This document shows positions 39,434 to 49,677 of a DNA stretch of 64,000 nt, piece after piece. A model generated the notes under the pieces. That model was not told where the DNA came from. It made no database searches and worked only from the letters and a program-made list of their open reading frames with translations. The first letter of the stretch is position 1, and each line of letters starts with the position of its first letter. Made by a program: the position numbers and the translations under genes. The DNA comes from Patescibacteria group bacterium (GTDB lineage Bacteria > Patescibacteriota > Minisyncoccia > Phycocordibacterales > CSBR16-119), in contig JBPOJJ010000002.1 of assembly GCA_052033715.1 (NCBI GenBank), positions 94,408 to 158,407 of the forward strand, written 5' to 3'.

Positions 39434-41952
39434 ATATCAACGATAAATTCTGCGGTTGCCTCAGCTTTATTGTAGACCTCGTCGCGAAGGATCACTTTTA
39501 TTTCATTAATATCTCCAATGTTTTCAATGTCTCTGGGGACAAAAGAGAAATTAAACGGTGCAGAATTTTTTGTCGCTAAATAGGTGTCGTTAATAAAGAC
39601 GTCAACCGAGCGCACGTCGAAGTGGGAGGTGTAATCAATTCGAATATCGACTGATTGGTTGGCGTCGTAAGTTTCGCCAGCTTCAGGGTTCTCGATTAAA
39701 ACTTCTGGCTGAGTGTTTTCGGTGTGAATGTCGTCGTAGTCGCTTGGAATTTCTGAGTCACCAACTAAATTATATTTACTTTTGTTCTGTTCCCACCAAT
39801 TCTGTGTCGCGGTTTCCCAGTTCATGTATTGTTGGTTTGTTTGTGGTCCGGGTGCGGCACCTAAAATATCGTCGCGGTCAATCCAATAAAGTGTCGAATG
39901 GATATTCCCCGGCACGAGCTCTTTCTTTGTTTCCTCTGGCGTAAGGTCTGTGGCGAGCTTTCCAGAAATCGTGTCAATGAATACCGACTCTCCTCCTTGC
40001 CAAACTCCACGCAAAACAGGCTTCAGGCTCAAATCAGTATTGATTTCCGGAGTATTGAAAGAATCGCGAGGGATTTTCTTGAGCGCCACGTCCATGAATT
40101 CTCTCCAAAGATGTCCGGAGATTGCCGAACCTTTTTTCATTGGGGTGTTGTCGTTGTTTCCAGACCAGACGCCAACAGTAATATTTGGTGTGTAGCCCAT
40201 CATCCAAGCATCCTTATTGTTGTTGGTTGTACCGGTCTTGCCAGCCACAGAAACATTTCCAAAATAAGCGAATGAGTTGGCGCCGAAAAGTGGTGTTCTG
40301 GCGACGTTGTCAGACAAAACATCAGAAATTTGTCGTGCCACATTTTCTTCCAACACTCTTTGGCCACCCCTAGGTTGAAATTCTTCTAAAACTTTACCCG
40401 ATGCGTCCTCGACACGCAGCACTGCTTGTGGCTCGTAACGGATACCTTCTGTTGCGAATACTCCATAAGCTGAAGTCATATCAAGCAAGCTAACCTCACC
40501 ACCTCCCAAGACGAGCGTAAGTCCGTAAGTGTTTGGATCGCGAAGGGTTGTGATTCCCATATTTTTAGCGGTCTTTAAAGAGTCGGCGATTTTAGTTAAA
40601 TATAGAAGCTGAACTGCCGGCACGTTTCTCGATTGCGCTAGAGCGTTTCTTAGGCTCACTGGCCCAATATAGGCGTTGTCGTAGTTGCTTGGGCTATAAC
40701 AGTTTTCTTGAGGACCTGTTTTGGCGCGGCCATAGGGATCACAAGTTGATTGAAATTCGGTTGGTACATCAAAAAGTACTGAGTTTGGAGTGAAGCCTTT
40801 GGCGAAAGCCGTGGCATAGATAAATGGCTTGAAGGACGAACCTGGTTGGCGTTTAGCTAGGGCAATATTGAACTTACCGTCAATTTCTTTGTCAAAATAA
40901 TCACGTGATCCTACCATGGTGAGAATTTCTCCGGTGTTTGGGTCGATCGCGACAAGCGAGGCGTTAGATGCGTCCCAGGCTTTGTCGTTTTCCAGGGCGT
41001 TTTTCAAAACAATGTCTTCGGCTTTTTCTTGTAGCTCGTAATCTAGGGTCGAAATAACTTTTAGACCCCCAGACTCAACCGCCTGAACGCCGTATTTCTC
41101 TTCCAAATAGTCTTTGATATAGAAAACAAAGTGTGGCGCCTTGATGCCAAGTTTGTCTTGGGTTTGAAATTCTACAAGCTCGACTTTGGCCGCGTCGCGT
41201 TCTTCCTCGGTAATAAATCCAAGTTTAGCCATTCTGTCTAAAACAAGATTTTTTCTGGCCTCCAGAAGATCGACCTTTGATCCATAAGGAGAATAACGGG
41301 TCGGGGCCTGGGGAATGGCTGCCAAATAAGCTGATTCAGCCAAAGTTAGGTCGATTGGTTTTTTGGCAAAAAAGGCCGAGGTTGCTTCGCTAATGCCATA
41401 AATACTTCCGCCGTATGGCGCGTCGTTTAGGTAGACTTCTAAAATTTCATCCTTCGTCATTTCCTTGTTGACTTTCAGGGCCAAGAAAATTTCTTTAATT
41501 TTACGAGAGATGGCCTTGTCTGTTGTTAAGAGGGAGTTTTTAACAATCTGCTGGGTGATTGTTGATCCGCCTTGAGAGTAAGATCCAGATCGAATGTTGA
41601 CCAAAATAGCGCGAACAATGGAACGCAAGCTAACACCGCTATTCGTGTAGAAAGTGTCGTCTTCGATGGCGACCGTCGCTTGTGTAATTCTTTCACCCAT
41701 TTGATCGAATGGAATAAGCGTTCTTTTCTTGTCTTGGTGGATATCATAAAGAACGATTTCTCCGGTCTTGTCATAGATTTTAGTCGAACTGTCGATTCGA
41801 CGCTCATCAAAAGACTTAAAATCTGGAACCTTGAGTGTGGTTACCCAGATAACAATAATACCCAAAAAAACGACGCCAACGGATCCTCCAACGATCGCAA
41901 CATTGAGCCAAAAATGCTTGTGGCGGTGAAAGAATTTCTTTAGTTTGTCCAT
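39430..41952 (-). CDS. Class A penicillin-binding protein (PBP1A)
   Basis: AIEDDTFY, QGGSTITQQ, RKIKE; GSSFKP, SRN, KTGT motifs. Confidence 0.96.
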   Translation of the reverse strand: MDKLKKFFHRHKHFWLNVAIVGGSVGVVFLGIIVIWVTTLKVPDFKSFDERRIDSSTKIYDKTGEIVLYDIHQDKKRTLIPFDQMGERITQATVAIEDDTFYTNSGVSLRSIVRAILVNIRSGSYSQGGSTITQQIVKNSLLTTDKAISRKIKEIFLALKVNKEMTKDEILEVYLNDAPYGGSIYGISEATSAFFAKKPIDLTLAESAYLAAIPQAPTRYSPYGSKVDLLEARKNLVLDRMAKLGFITEEERDAAKVELVEFQTQDKLGIKAPHFVFYIKDYLEEKYGVQAVESGGLKVISTLDYELQEKAEDIVLKNALENDKAWDASNASLVAIDPNTGEILTMVGSRDYFDKEIDGKFNIALAKRQPGSSFKPFIYATAFAKGFTPNSVLFDVPTEFQSTCDPYGRAKTGPQENCYSPSNYDNAYIGPVSLRNALAQSRNVPAVQLLYLTKIADSLKTAKNMGITTLRDPNTYGLTLVLGGGEVSLLDMTSAYGVFATEGIRYEPQAVLRVEDASGKVLEEFQPRGGQRVLEENVARQISDVLSDNVARTPLFGANSFAYFGNVSVAGKTGTTNNNKDAWMMGYTPNITVGVWSGNNDNTPMKKGSAISGHLWREFMDVALKKIPRDSFNTPEINTDLSLKPVLRGVWQGGESVFIDTISGKLATDLTPEETKKELVPGNIHSTLYWIDRDDILGAAPGPQTNQQYMNWETATQNWWEQNKSKYNLVGDSEIPSDYDDIHTENTQPEVLIENPEAGETYDANQSVDIRIDYTSHFDVRSVDVFINDTYLATKNSAPFNFSFVPRDIENIGDINEIKVILRDEVYNKAEATAEFIVDI

Positions 41953-42008
41953 ATGGATTTAATACTAGCAGGTTTTTGATTTCCTCCCAAAAGTGATAAA
42001 GTATTCTA

Positions 42009-43202
42009 ATGCAGGTAAATAATGACGTGGCAAAGATAGACGAATTACTCTCGCGTGGCGTCGAGGAAATTATTGACGTGAAAGACTTGCGTGAGAAGCT
42101 TTTGTCGGGTAAAAAGCTCCGTGTTAAGCTCGGTATTGATCCGACGAGTCCGAATGTTCACCTGGGTCGTTCGATTCCACTTATAAAGCTTCGTGATTTT
42201 CAAGATCTTGGGCACCAGATTGTTTTCATTGTCGGAGATTTTACTGGAGTTATTGGCGATACTTCTGACAAAGATTCCGAGCGACCAATGTTGACCGCAA
42301 AAACAATCAAAGAAAATCTTAAAGACTACAAAAAACAAATTGGCAAGCTTATCAACGTTAGTAAGGCCGAATTTAAATTCAATAGTAAGTGGTTGAAGAA
42401 ACTGGACTACTTGGATATTTGCGAACAAGCTAATCTTTTCTCAATCAATCAATTTTCTTCACGCGACAATATTCGCAGGCGACTAGACGAAGGAAAAAGA
42501 GTTTCGCTTCGCGAAATGTTGTACCCGCTCATGCAAGGATATGATTCTGTGGCAGTAAAAGCAGACGTTGAGCTTGGTGGGACTGATCAGAAATTCAATC
42601 TACTTGCCGGACGTGACTTGCAAAAGCATTTTGGCCAGACTCCGCAGAATATTCTCATGAATCCGCTCGTGGAAGGCTTGGACGGCAGGAAGATGAGTTC
42701 TAGTTGGGGTAACACAGTTAATTTTCTTGACGACGCAAATGAGATGTTCGGCAAGATAATGTCGATGAAAGATGAATTCGTTGTTAAGTATTTCGAACTC
42801 CTGACCCGTGTGCCGCTTTCACAAATTTCTGAATACCGAAAAGCGCTTGAAAATGGCGAGAACCCGAAAAATATTAAAGTGATTTTGGCCAAAACTATTG
42901 TCACAATGTATCACTCACAAAAAGACGCAGATAAAGCAGCAGGGGCCTGGGAAGAAACTTTTTCCAAAGGCGGAATTCCAACAGATGTCGAAGAGGTGAG
43001 TGTCGCGAGCGGAACAAAATTAAAAAGTGTTTTGGTAGAAAATAAAATCGTCGAATCAAATTCTGAATTCTCCAGACTTCTGTCTGTGGGTGCGATAAAG
43101 AATGCCGAGACCGAAGAAAAGATTATGTCAGATATAGAAATCACAGAGAATCAAATACTTAAAGTCGGGAAGAGGAGGTTTGTAAAAATAATTCTTAAAT
43201 AA
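42009..43202 (+). CDS. tyrS: Tyrosyl-tRNA synthetase
   Basis: GIDPTSPNVHLGR, YPLMQGYD, KMSSS, C-terminal VGKRRF. Confidence 0.97.
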   Translation: MQVNNDVAKIDELLSRGVEEIIDVKDLREKLLSGKKLRVKLGIDPTSPNVHLGRSIPLIKLRDFQDLGHQIVFIVGDFTGVIGDTSDKDSERPMLTAKTIKENLKDYKKQIGKLINVSKAEFKFNSKWLKKLDYLDICEQANLFSINQFSSRDNIRRRLDEGKRVSLREMLYPLMQGYDSVAVKADVELGGTDQKFNLLAGRDLQKHFGQTPQNILMNPLVEGLDGRKMSSSWGNTVNFLDDANEMFGKIMSMKDEFVVKYFELLTRVPLSQISEYRKALENGENPKNIKVILAKTIVTMYHSQKDADKAAGAWEETFSKGGIPTDVEEVSVASGTKLKSVLVENKIVESNSEFSRLLSVGAIKNAETEEKIMSDIEITENQILKVGKRRFVKIILK

Positions 43203-43239
43203 AATCAAAAACCGCCGAGATGGCGGTTTTTGATTTGGC

Positions 43240-43443
43240 CTAGGCCCACTCGTCTGATTTGTAGTCTTCAAGAGGATTATAGCTGACTTCGTCGTCATCG
43301 TCTGCGTCGTCTTCATCTTCGTCATTAGCCAACTCGTCGTCTTCCGGAAGGAAAGTTTCTGGATCGAGCTCTTTGTCAGAGCCGAAATCGTCTTCTAGTT
43401 CGCTCGCGAATATTCCTGATGAATATAGATCGTCACTTTGCAT
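43240..43443 (-). CDS. Small highly acidic protein
   Basis: 67 aa Asp/Glu-rich ORF ending at a shared terminator. Confidence 0.6.
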   Translation of the reverse strand: MQSDDLYSSGIFASELEDDFGSDKELDPETFLPEDDELANDEDEDDADDDDEVSYNPLEDYKSDEWA

Positions 43444-43575
43444 CGTTTTAAAAAATTATTTGTTAAGTTATGCATAGTTTTAACAAATCCATTTTTCCTT
43501 TGCAAGAGTTTTGAAATTCCACTGTGGATTATGGAATTTAGCAAGTCGTAAGTAGTAAGTTGTAAGTCGGGACGA

Positions 43576-44055
43576 TTACAAACGGGTCGTGGCGAATCCG
43601 GTAATGGCGACAGCAATCGCATCCACCTCATCATCTTGTTTGACTGTTTTCGGTAGCTCTATGAGTTTCGAGACCATGGTGTGTACTTGGATTTTTGTCG
43701 CTTTGCCATAACCCGTAACGGCATTTTTGATTTGGAGCGGTGTGTATTCCAAAATTTCTAAACCAGCATTTTTGGCCACGAAAATAATTGCACCGCGCGC
43801 TTCAGAGACGCCCATGGCTGTTTTTTGATTATTCTCAAAAAATAATTTTTCAATAGCCAACTTTTCCGGTTTGTATTTTTTGATCACCGATTCCACTTCA
43901 GCGCCAAGTAAGAAAATGCGTTCGGGGAGGGGGAGTTTCCCAGAAGTTTTGAAGCAGTTCGAATACAAAAGAACTTCTTTTTTATCTCCTTTATTTTTTT
44001 CCAAGACCGCGATGCCGATGCGTTCGTAGCCAGGGTCAATGCCAATGATTATCAT
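43576..44055 (-). CDS. ruvC: Holliday junction resolvase
   Basis: IGIDPG, IEKLFF, EARG, DDEVDAIAVA. Confidence 0.96.
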   Translation of the reverse strand: MIIIGIDPGYERIGIAVLEKNKGDKKEVLLYSNCFKTSGKLPLPERIFLLGAEVESVIKKYKPEKLAIEKLFFENNQKTAMGVSEARGAIIFVAKNAGLEILEYTPLQIKNAVTGYGKATKIQVHTMVSKLIELPKTVKQDDEVDAIAVAITGFATTRL

Positions 44056-44146
44056 TCTAATAGTTTACAGGCTTTAGTCACCAGAGGCCAGTTAATATTG
44101 ACTTTTTGTTTATTTGTGTTATGTTAAGGGCCAACCTGACAAGCAC

Positions 44147-44506
44147 ATGAAAAACATCGTATTGGTCGTCCCGCACCCGTTGATATCGGCAACCTTCCAG
44201 GATGTTCTTGGGCTCAAGGATCATTGCTTTTTACGGGCAACGACCGCTCAAGAGTTCCGTACGATCGTGGAGCTCTTGGACCCGGCACTGCCTGACTTGG
44301 TCGCTATGACAAGCGATGCATCGGATCCCGTGATCAAGGCCGTTGTTGATGGGTGGCCAGCCTTGCACGAGCGCATGGTGATCATGGCTATGGATCCTGC
44401 GGTCGCTTTTGACATGGTGCCATTGGTGTCTGTTCCCGTTCTTCCTAGGAGCAATGATCGATACAGCGACTTCTTCAAGAAGTGTCGTGAGATCCTTGGC
44501 GAGTAG
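44147..44506 (+). CDS. Orphan protein with degenerate receiver-like fold
   Basis: MKNIVLVVPHPLI..F..VL...PDLVAM; lacks the canonical acidic pocket. Confidence 0.5.
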   Translation: MKNIVLVVPHPLISATFQDVLGLKDHCFLRATTAQEFRTIVELLDPALPDLVAMTSDASDPVIKAVVDGWPALHERMVIMAMDPAVAFDMVPLVSVPVLPRSNDRYSDFFKKCREILGE

Positions 44507-44556
44507 TAGAACTGCTCGCAAAAGCCGAAGCCCCCATCTCGGGGGCTTCGCTATTT

Positions 44557-45072
44557 TTATCCCGCGCTTGTATAAACATCTTGGATGTCGTCACGGTCTT
44601 CGAGTGCTTCGACGAGAGCCGACAATTTTTCCGAATCTTCTTCGGATAGTTCTGTTTTCATGTTTGCCACCCAGTCGCCTTCGGCACTCTTTGTAAAATT
44701 CCAAGCGACTGATCCAACACCACCCAAACTTGTTCCGTGTGTGTCGAGGAGATGTCTAAGTTCCTGACTACTCCTGTTGATGCTGTCGGTAAGTCCGGTC
44801 GCGAGAATTCCCACGCCACCTGGTCCATAAAATTCAAAAAGTATTGGTGTCATCTCTGCGCCGTCGGTTTTCTTTATCGCGCGTTCGATGTTTTCACTGG
44901 GCATATTTTCCTTTCGCGCTTTTTCAATCGCGGCTTTGAGTCCAGGAGAACCGAGGTTACCACCGGCCTTTTTTGCTTCCATAGAAATTAATTTTGCTAA
45001 TTTAGAAAAAACCTTCGCTTTTTTGGCGTTATTGTCCGCCATCTTTCCTAGTTTTTTGTGTGTTGATCCCAT
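44557..45072 (-). CDS. yebC: YebC/PmpR family protein
   Basis: ENMPSENIERAIKK, EFYGPGGV, LEDRDDIQDVYT. Confidence 0.92.
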   Translation of the reverse strand: MGSTHKKLGKMADNNAKKAKVFSKLAKLISMEAKKAGGNLGSPGLKAAIEKARKENMPSENIERAIKKTDGAEMTPILFEFYGPGGVGILATGLTDSINRSSQELRHLLDTHGTSLGGVGSVAWNFTKSAEGDWVANMKTELSEEDSEKLSALVEALEDRDDIQDVYTSAG

Positions 45073-45073
45073 G

Positions 45074-46036
45074 TTATTTTTTTATACCCAAGTGTCCGTA
45101 AGCTTTGTCTGTGGCCACTCTTCCACGAGGTGTGCGTTCGATAAATCCGAGTTGTAGTAAATACGGTTCGATGACTTCTTCAATCGTCGCTTCTTCTTCG
45201 GATGTGGCGGCAGCGAGAGTGCCGAGACCAACTGGTCCGCCGTTGAATTTTTCTATAAGTGCCCGGAGAACACTTCGGTCGGTTTCAAAAAGTCCCATTT
45301 CATCGACGCCGAGAAGTTCCAGTGCCTTTTTCACATTTTCTGAATTCATATCTGCCTTGTTAACCTGCGCGTAATCACGAGCGCGTTTTAGGAAATAATT
45401 CGCTGTACGAGGAGTGAAACGACTTCGCTTTGCGATTTCTTTGATTGCCTCGGTTTCAGAGTCGACGTTCAATATCTTGCTTGAGCGTGCGAGAATCCTT
45501 TCCATTTCTTCATTCGTATAAAATTCAAGCCGATGAATTCCTCCCGAGAATCGTGAACGAAGTGGCGCTGACATCATGGCCGGACGAGTAGTGGCCGCGA
45601 TGAGGGTAAATGGAGGGAGGTCGAGCTGAATCGTTCTTGCCGACGGACCTTTGCCGATGATGATATCGAGAACGCCAGACTCCATAGCAGGGTAGAGGAT
45701 TTCCTCGACCATTTTGTTTAGGCGATGTATTTCATCGATGAAGAGGATGTCGCCGGACGAGAGGTTGGTCAGAATTGAAGCCAGGTCACCAACTTTTTCA
45801 ATTGCGGGGCCGGAAGTAATTTTAATTTGTCGGCCAGATTCTTTGGCGATCAAATGTGCGAGCGTGGTCTTACCAAGTCCAGCCGGTCCATGAAATAAAA
45901 TATGTTCGGGCGCGTGATTGCGCTCTTCGGCCGCTTGAATCAAGATCTTCAAGTTCTTTTTTATTTTCTCCTGACCGATGTATTCGTCCCATGTGCCAGG
46001 GCGGAGTTGGTTGTCGAGAAAGATGTCATTTTCCAT
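45074..46036 (-). CDS. ruvB: Holliday junction helicase
   Basis: [33 protein letters not shown]. Confidence 0.98.
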   Translation of the reverse strand: MENDIFLDNQLRPGTWDEYIGQEKIKKNLKILIQAAEERNHAPEHILFHGPAGLGKTTLAHLIAKESGRQIKITSGPAIEKVGDLASILTNLSSGDILFIDEIHRLNKMVEEILYPAMESGVLDIIIGKGPSARTIQLDLPPFTLIAATTRPAMMSAPLRSRFSGGIHRLEFYTNEEMERILARSSKILNVDSETEAIKEIAKRSRFTPRTANYFLKRARDYAQVNKADMNSENVKKALELLGVDEMGLFETDRSVLRALIEKFNGGPVGLGTLAAATSEEEATIEEVIEPYLLQLGFIERTPRGRVATDKAYGHLGIKK

Positions 46037-46230
46037 AATTTTATTTGGGGGCCGTGTTCCTCCGTAGCTTTATGCGAAGGGGGATTGACAAACGTATTTA
46101 AAAATGTTATATATAAGCGCGTTAGGTATAAATTTAAACGTTTATCTCTCACAGTATAGCATTTTTGAAAAATATCGGTTTAGGGGCTTTACAAGAATTT
46201 TGAGGGTGTTATATTTATCACCCAAGCAGA

Positions 46231-46387
46231 AAGAGCCCTTTAACCTCTAAGTAATCGGGCACAGTTCATATGGTTTCAAAGAGGACGTCATGGTTACCAC
46301 TTCGGTGGAGTTACTGCGACTATCCTTCGCGATTTCATTACTTTTGGTTTTCAATCAAAAGGATTATTTAGAGGTTAAAGGGCTTTT
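46231..46387 (+). ncRNA. 6S-like rod-shaped RNA candidate
   Basis: ~25-bp closing stem AAGAGCCCTTTAACCTCTAAGTAATC / GATTATTTAGAGGTTAAAGGGCTTTT, central unpaired region, apical CCAC-TTCG-GTGG; upstream TTTACA..TATATT promoter. Confidence 0.5.
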
Positions 46388-46447
46388 TATTTGCAAAAAA
46401 ACGAGGAAGTGATAGTTTGAATAACGAACACACCTAACACCACTTTC

Positions 46448-46651
46448 ATGAAACCGTTTAAAGCCATCTCTCGGGTGCTTCTGATACTTACGGCCGCGAC
46501 CTTCCTTCATAGTCTGGTCCGGCCGGAACACCTAAGCTTCCTGTCCTGGTTGCGCTGGGTGTTCTTGGGCCTCACTATCGTTTTTGCGGTCGTGAACTTC
46601 TTGCTCTCTTTGGTCAACAATCCTCAAGAAGATGGACCCCCAGGAGCATGA
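46448..46651 (+). CDS. Small two-TM orphan protein
   Basis: Two hydrophobic segments; has its own terminator. Confidence 0.55.
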   Translation: MKPFKAISRVLLILTAATFLHSLVRPEHLSFLSWLRWVFLGLTIVFAVVNFLLSLVNNPQEDGPPGA

Positions 46652-46704
46652 AGTCCTTTGTCGCCTGAAAGCCTCGGCACTCCCGAGGCTTTCGCGTTTT
46701 AGTT

Positions 46705-48438
46705 TTAATTTTCTTTTGTTGAGATCGGGATTTCATCCTCGGCGTATTCGTAAATGTCGACAACTTTTTTCAATTCTTCGATAGAGGTAACTCCGTTTAT
46801 GCATTTTACAAATCCATCCTCAACCATATTTAGAATTCCTTGTTTTTCGGAAATTTCTTTGATTTCTTTTTCACTTGGATTCATCGGCATGATATTTTGC
46901 AGAGCCTCATCGGCCATGATCGCCTCAAAGACCCCAATGCGGCCTTTATAACCAATACCATTACAAGCAGGACATCCTGGCGCCGTCCAAAGTTCTATTT
47001 TTTGTTTTGGGTCGACGTTGTACTCTTTTAATTTTTTTCCAAGTTTGTCGGCGCGGACCAAAGTTTTTCCAATAACGTCTTCCTCTTCCTTGGTTGCTGG
47101 TCTTTTGATCTTACATTTAGTACAAAGTTTTCGAGTGAGGCGTTGCGCGATAGCCATTGAGAGCGCTGAAGCAAGAATTTTTGGATTGACTCCGAGGTCG
47201 ATTAGACGAGGCACGACGCCGGCGGCGTTGTTGGTATGGAGGGTTGAGAATACCATGTGTCCAGTGAGCGAGGCCTCAACGGCAATACGCGCTGTGTCAG
47301 AGTCACGGATTTCTCCAACCATCACCACATCAGGATCCTGACGCAGGGCCGAGACAAGTCCCTCGAGGAAGTCGTAACCACGCTCGGGATTGGTTTGTGT
47401 CTGGGTTATTCCTTCGAGGTGATATTCAACCGGTTCCTCGATTGTCAGAATTTTAATTTCCGGCGAGTAAATTCGACGCAAGAATGCGTAGAGAGAAGTA
47501 GATTTTCCCGAACCTGTCGGGCCAGTGATAAGGATGAGTCCGTTTGGTTTATCAATCTCGCGCGAGATGATCCCGTAAAGTCTTTTGTCGATTCCCATAT
47601 CCTCAAGATCAACTTGAATTGATTTTGGATTCAAGATTCGCATGACAATACCTTCGCCGAACGCTCCGGGAATGATGCTGGTTCGCATGCTAATTTCTTC
47701 ACCACTTACGAAAATAGAAAATCTTCCATCTTGAGCTTTGTTGTGTGCTAGTTTTAGACCAGATAGAAGTTTGATGCGCGAATTTATGAATTCAAAAGTT
47801 TTGTAATCGATGAATGTGATATTGTGAAGTATTCCATCGAGCCTGATTCTCAAACGCACTTGGCCATCTTCGGGCTCGATATGTACGTCAGAAGCGCCAA
47901 GCGCGATTGCGCCCGCAAAAATAATTTCAATAATTTTTGAAACTCGGTGTGTCGTGGTTTCTGCGTTTGTCGCGTCGATCATTGTCTTGATGTCTTCGAG
48001 TAACTTAATTTTTTCGGCTGTTTTTAAAAGTGTATCGCCGGAAATATCCAAGCTTCCGGCTTTTATTTTTTCCGCTTGAGAAATTTCTTGGTAGCGATCC
48101 CAGGCTTTTTCAAGTGAGGCATGCGAAGCCATAAACCAACTAATTACAAAACCTTTTCTTTTCAAATCGGCTTCGAGTTCAGCCAAACCATCGTGTTCTG
48201 GTGCGCGAACGGCGACCAAGAGTTTTTTTCCGGCGATATTAAAGGGTGCGACCTCTAGTTTTCTAGCCAGATCTTCCGGAACAGTCTTGAGGGCGTCGTT
48301 TTCTAGGATGACTTTGCTCAAATCCACGTAGGGGACATGATATTTGGTCTCAGCTAGAGTCTTGGCCAAAGCCTCCTCCTCCTGTAAATAGAGAAGTTCG
48401 AGCTTTTTATCCTCTTTTTGGTCATCGAATCGGGGCAT
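46705..48438 (-). CDS. pilB: Type IV pilus/T2SS assembly ATPase PilB/GspE
   Basis: ASDVHIEP, GPTGSGKSTS, LRQDPDVVMVGEIRD, TLHTN, CxxC..CxxC; true start about MPRFDD (the ORF-track extension overlaps an opposite-strand gene). Confidence 0.9.
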   Translation of the reverse strand: MPRFDDQKEDKKLELLYLQEEEALAKTLAETKYHVPYVDLSKVILENDALKTVPEDLARKLEVAPFNIAGKKLLVAVRAPEHDGLAELEADLKRKGFVISWFMASHASLEKAWDRYQEISQAEKIKAGSLDISGDTLLKTAEKIKLLEDIKTMIDATNAETTTHRVSKIIEIIFAGAIALGASDVHIEPEDGQVRLRIRLDGILHNITFIDYKTFEFINSRIKLLSGLKLAHNKAQDGRFSIFVSGEEISMRTSIIPGAFGEGIVMRILNPKSIQVDLEDMGIDKRLYGIISREIDKPNGLILITGPTGSGKSTSLYAFLRRIYSPEIKILTIEEPVEYHLEGITQTQTNPERGYDFLEGLVSALRQDPDVVMVGEIRDSDTARIAVEASLTGHMVFSTLHTNNAAGVVPRLIDLGVNPKILASALSMAIAQRLTRKLCTKCKIKRPATKEEEDVIGKTLVRADKLGKKLKEYNVDPKQKIELWTAPGCPACNGIGYKGRIGVFEAIMADEALQNIMPMNPSEKEIKEISEKQGILNMVEDGFVKCINGVTSIEELKKVVDIYEYAEDEIPISTKEN

Positions 48439-48633
48439 ATTGGTAAACATATTATACGGGAAATTGTCAAAAAACCCTTGTTTTTCCTGTGTATTTAGAC
48501 CAGGAAAGGGGCGGTTTAAACGCTTGACAAGATTCATGGTATATGCTATGATACACACAAAGGTTCCAGGCTCTTTGCAAAGTGAACCTACAACCAACGA
48601 AACAACAACCACAACCCAAATACCCAGAACGAC

Positions 48634-49569
48634 ATGAAAAAGCTGTTTTCCCTCCTCGCCATCTTCGTGATGGCCCTGAGCATGAACGCTCAGCAGAACA
48701 ACGCAACCCTGCTTCAGGGGCAAGCGTACCAGATCATGCAGACCATGGAGCGTGATAGCGTCCCGCAGATGACGATCGGAGTCGGTGGCCTCATCGCCAA
48801 CGGCCCGGCAGTGTCTCCTCGGACGGTTTCCCCTCCTGCTTCTGCACAACGCCCCGCGGCGAACAATGGTGTTCCCGCGAAAGCCAAAACGACGAAGATC
48901 AATGGTGTTGAGGTGTTCGTCACCCCGTACGGCCTGCATCTTCCAGGAGACATGTTCCCTGACCCGAATACAGGCGAGGAACTAGTCGTTGATGATTACG
49001 GTAACGTGCTCAAGACCGGCAAGATGTGGAAACAAGCGCCGCTACCTAATCCCAGCAACAACACGGGAAACGCGACAGCTAGTTTGACGGTGGTGCCTTC
49101 GATCGGCGATCTCTACGACACGTTGCCTGGCGGCCGCATTGTGGCTATCGGCGATGTGCGCGTGATCGATTCGGCAGGAAGCACTACTCAAGCCGGTTCA
49201 GGAACAGCCTCTACTGGTGGCGAATCGAAGTTCAAGAAGATGCAGATCGCACCAAACGAAATCCTCTTCAACGAGGAAACTGGTGAGGTTGCTCTGCTCG
49301 ATCGTCGCCGTGAGCGCTTGCGCACAAACCGTGGATACGGCGTTGGCACTAGCCCCGAAGAAGATCATCAACCGAATACGTGGCCGAACGCAATGGCTGC
49401 GCGGTTCAGTTCGATCGATGGTTCTGGAAGCGCCGCGAGCGGTGGAATGATGCTTGGTGCCGGAGGTGTTGCCTGCGGTCCGACCGTGGTCTACAATCAA
49501 CGGCCTCGCGCCGTTGCTACTTACGGTGTGCGTGGTGGTGATTGCTGGACTCCTTCGTGGAGGCGGTAG
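48634..49569 (+). CDS. Secreted orphan protein
   Basis: MKKLFSLLAIFVMALSMNA-QQ signal peptide; own TTGACA promoter and terminator. Confidence 0.7.
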   Translation: MKKLFSLLAIFVMALSMNAQQNNATLLQGQAYQIMQTMERDSVPQMTIGVGGLIANGPAVSPRTVSPPASAQRPAANNGVPAKAKTTKINGVEVFVTPYGLHLPGDMFPDPNTGEELVVDDYGNVLKTGKMWKQAPLPNPSNNTGNATASLTVVPSIGDLYDTLPGGRIVAIGDVRVIDSAGSTTQAGSGTASTGGESKFKKMQIAPNEILFNEETGEVALLDRRRERLRTNRGYGVGTSPEEDHQPNTWPNAMAARFSSIDGSGSAASGGMMLGAGGVACGPTVVYNQRPRAVATYGVRGGDCWTPSWRR

Positions 49570-49677
49570 GTTCTGAAATAGCTTGATGGGCGAGAGACTT
49601 CAAATCTCGCCCTCATTCCTAAGTTCTTGATTTAAAAATCGAGGATTTAGAGATGAAGATTAAATAATATAAATTAT

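Noticed and set aside
43576-44055. RuvC as a CRISPR-related nuclease
   Set aside because: Canonical 159-aa resolvase near yebC and ruvB.
48451-48939. N-terminal extension of PilB in the ORF track
   Set aside because: It is the antisense shadow of the 48634 gene and its promoter.
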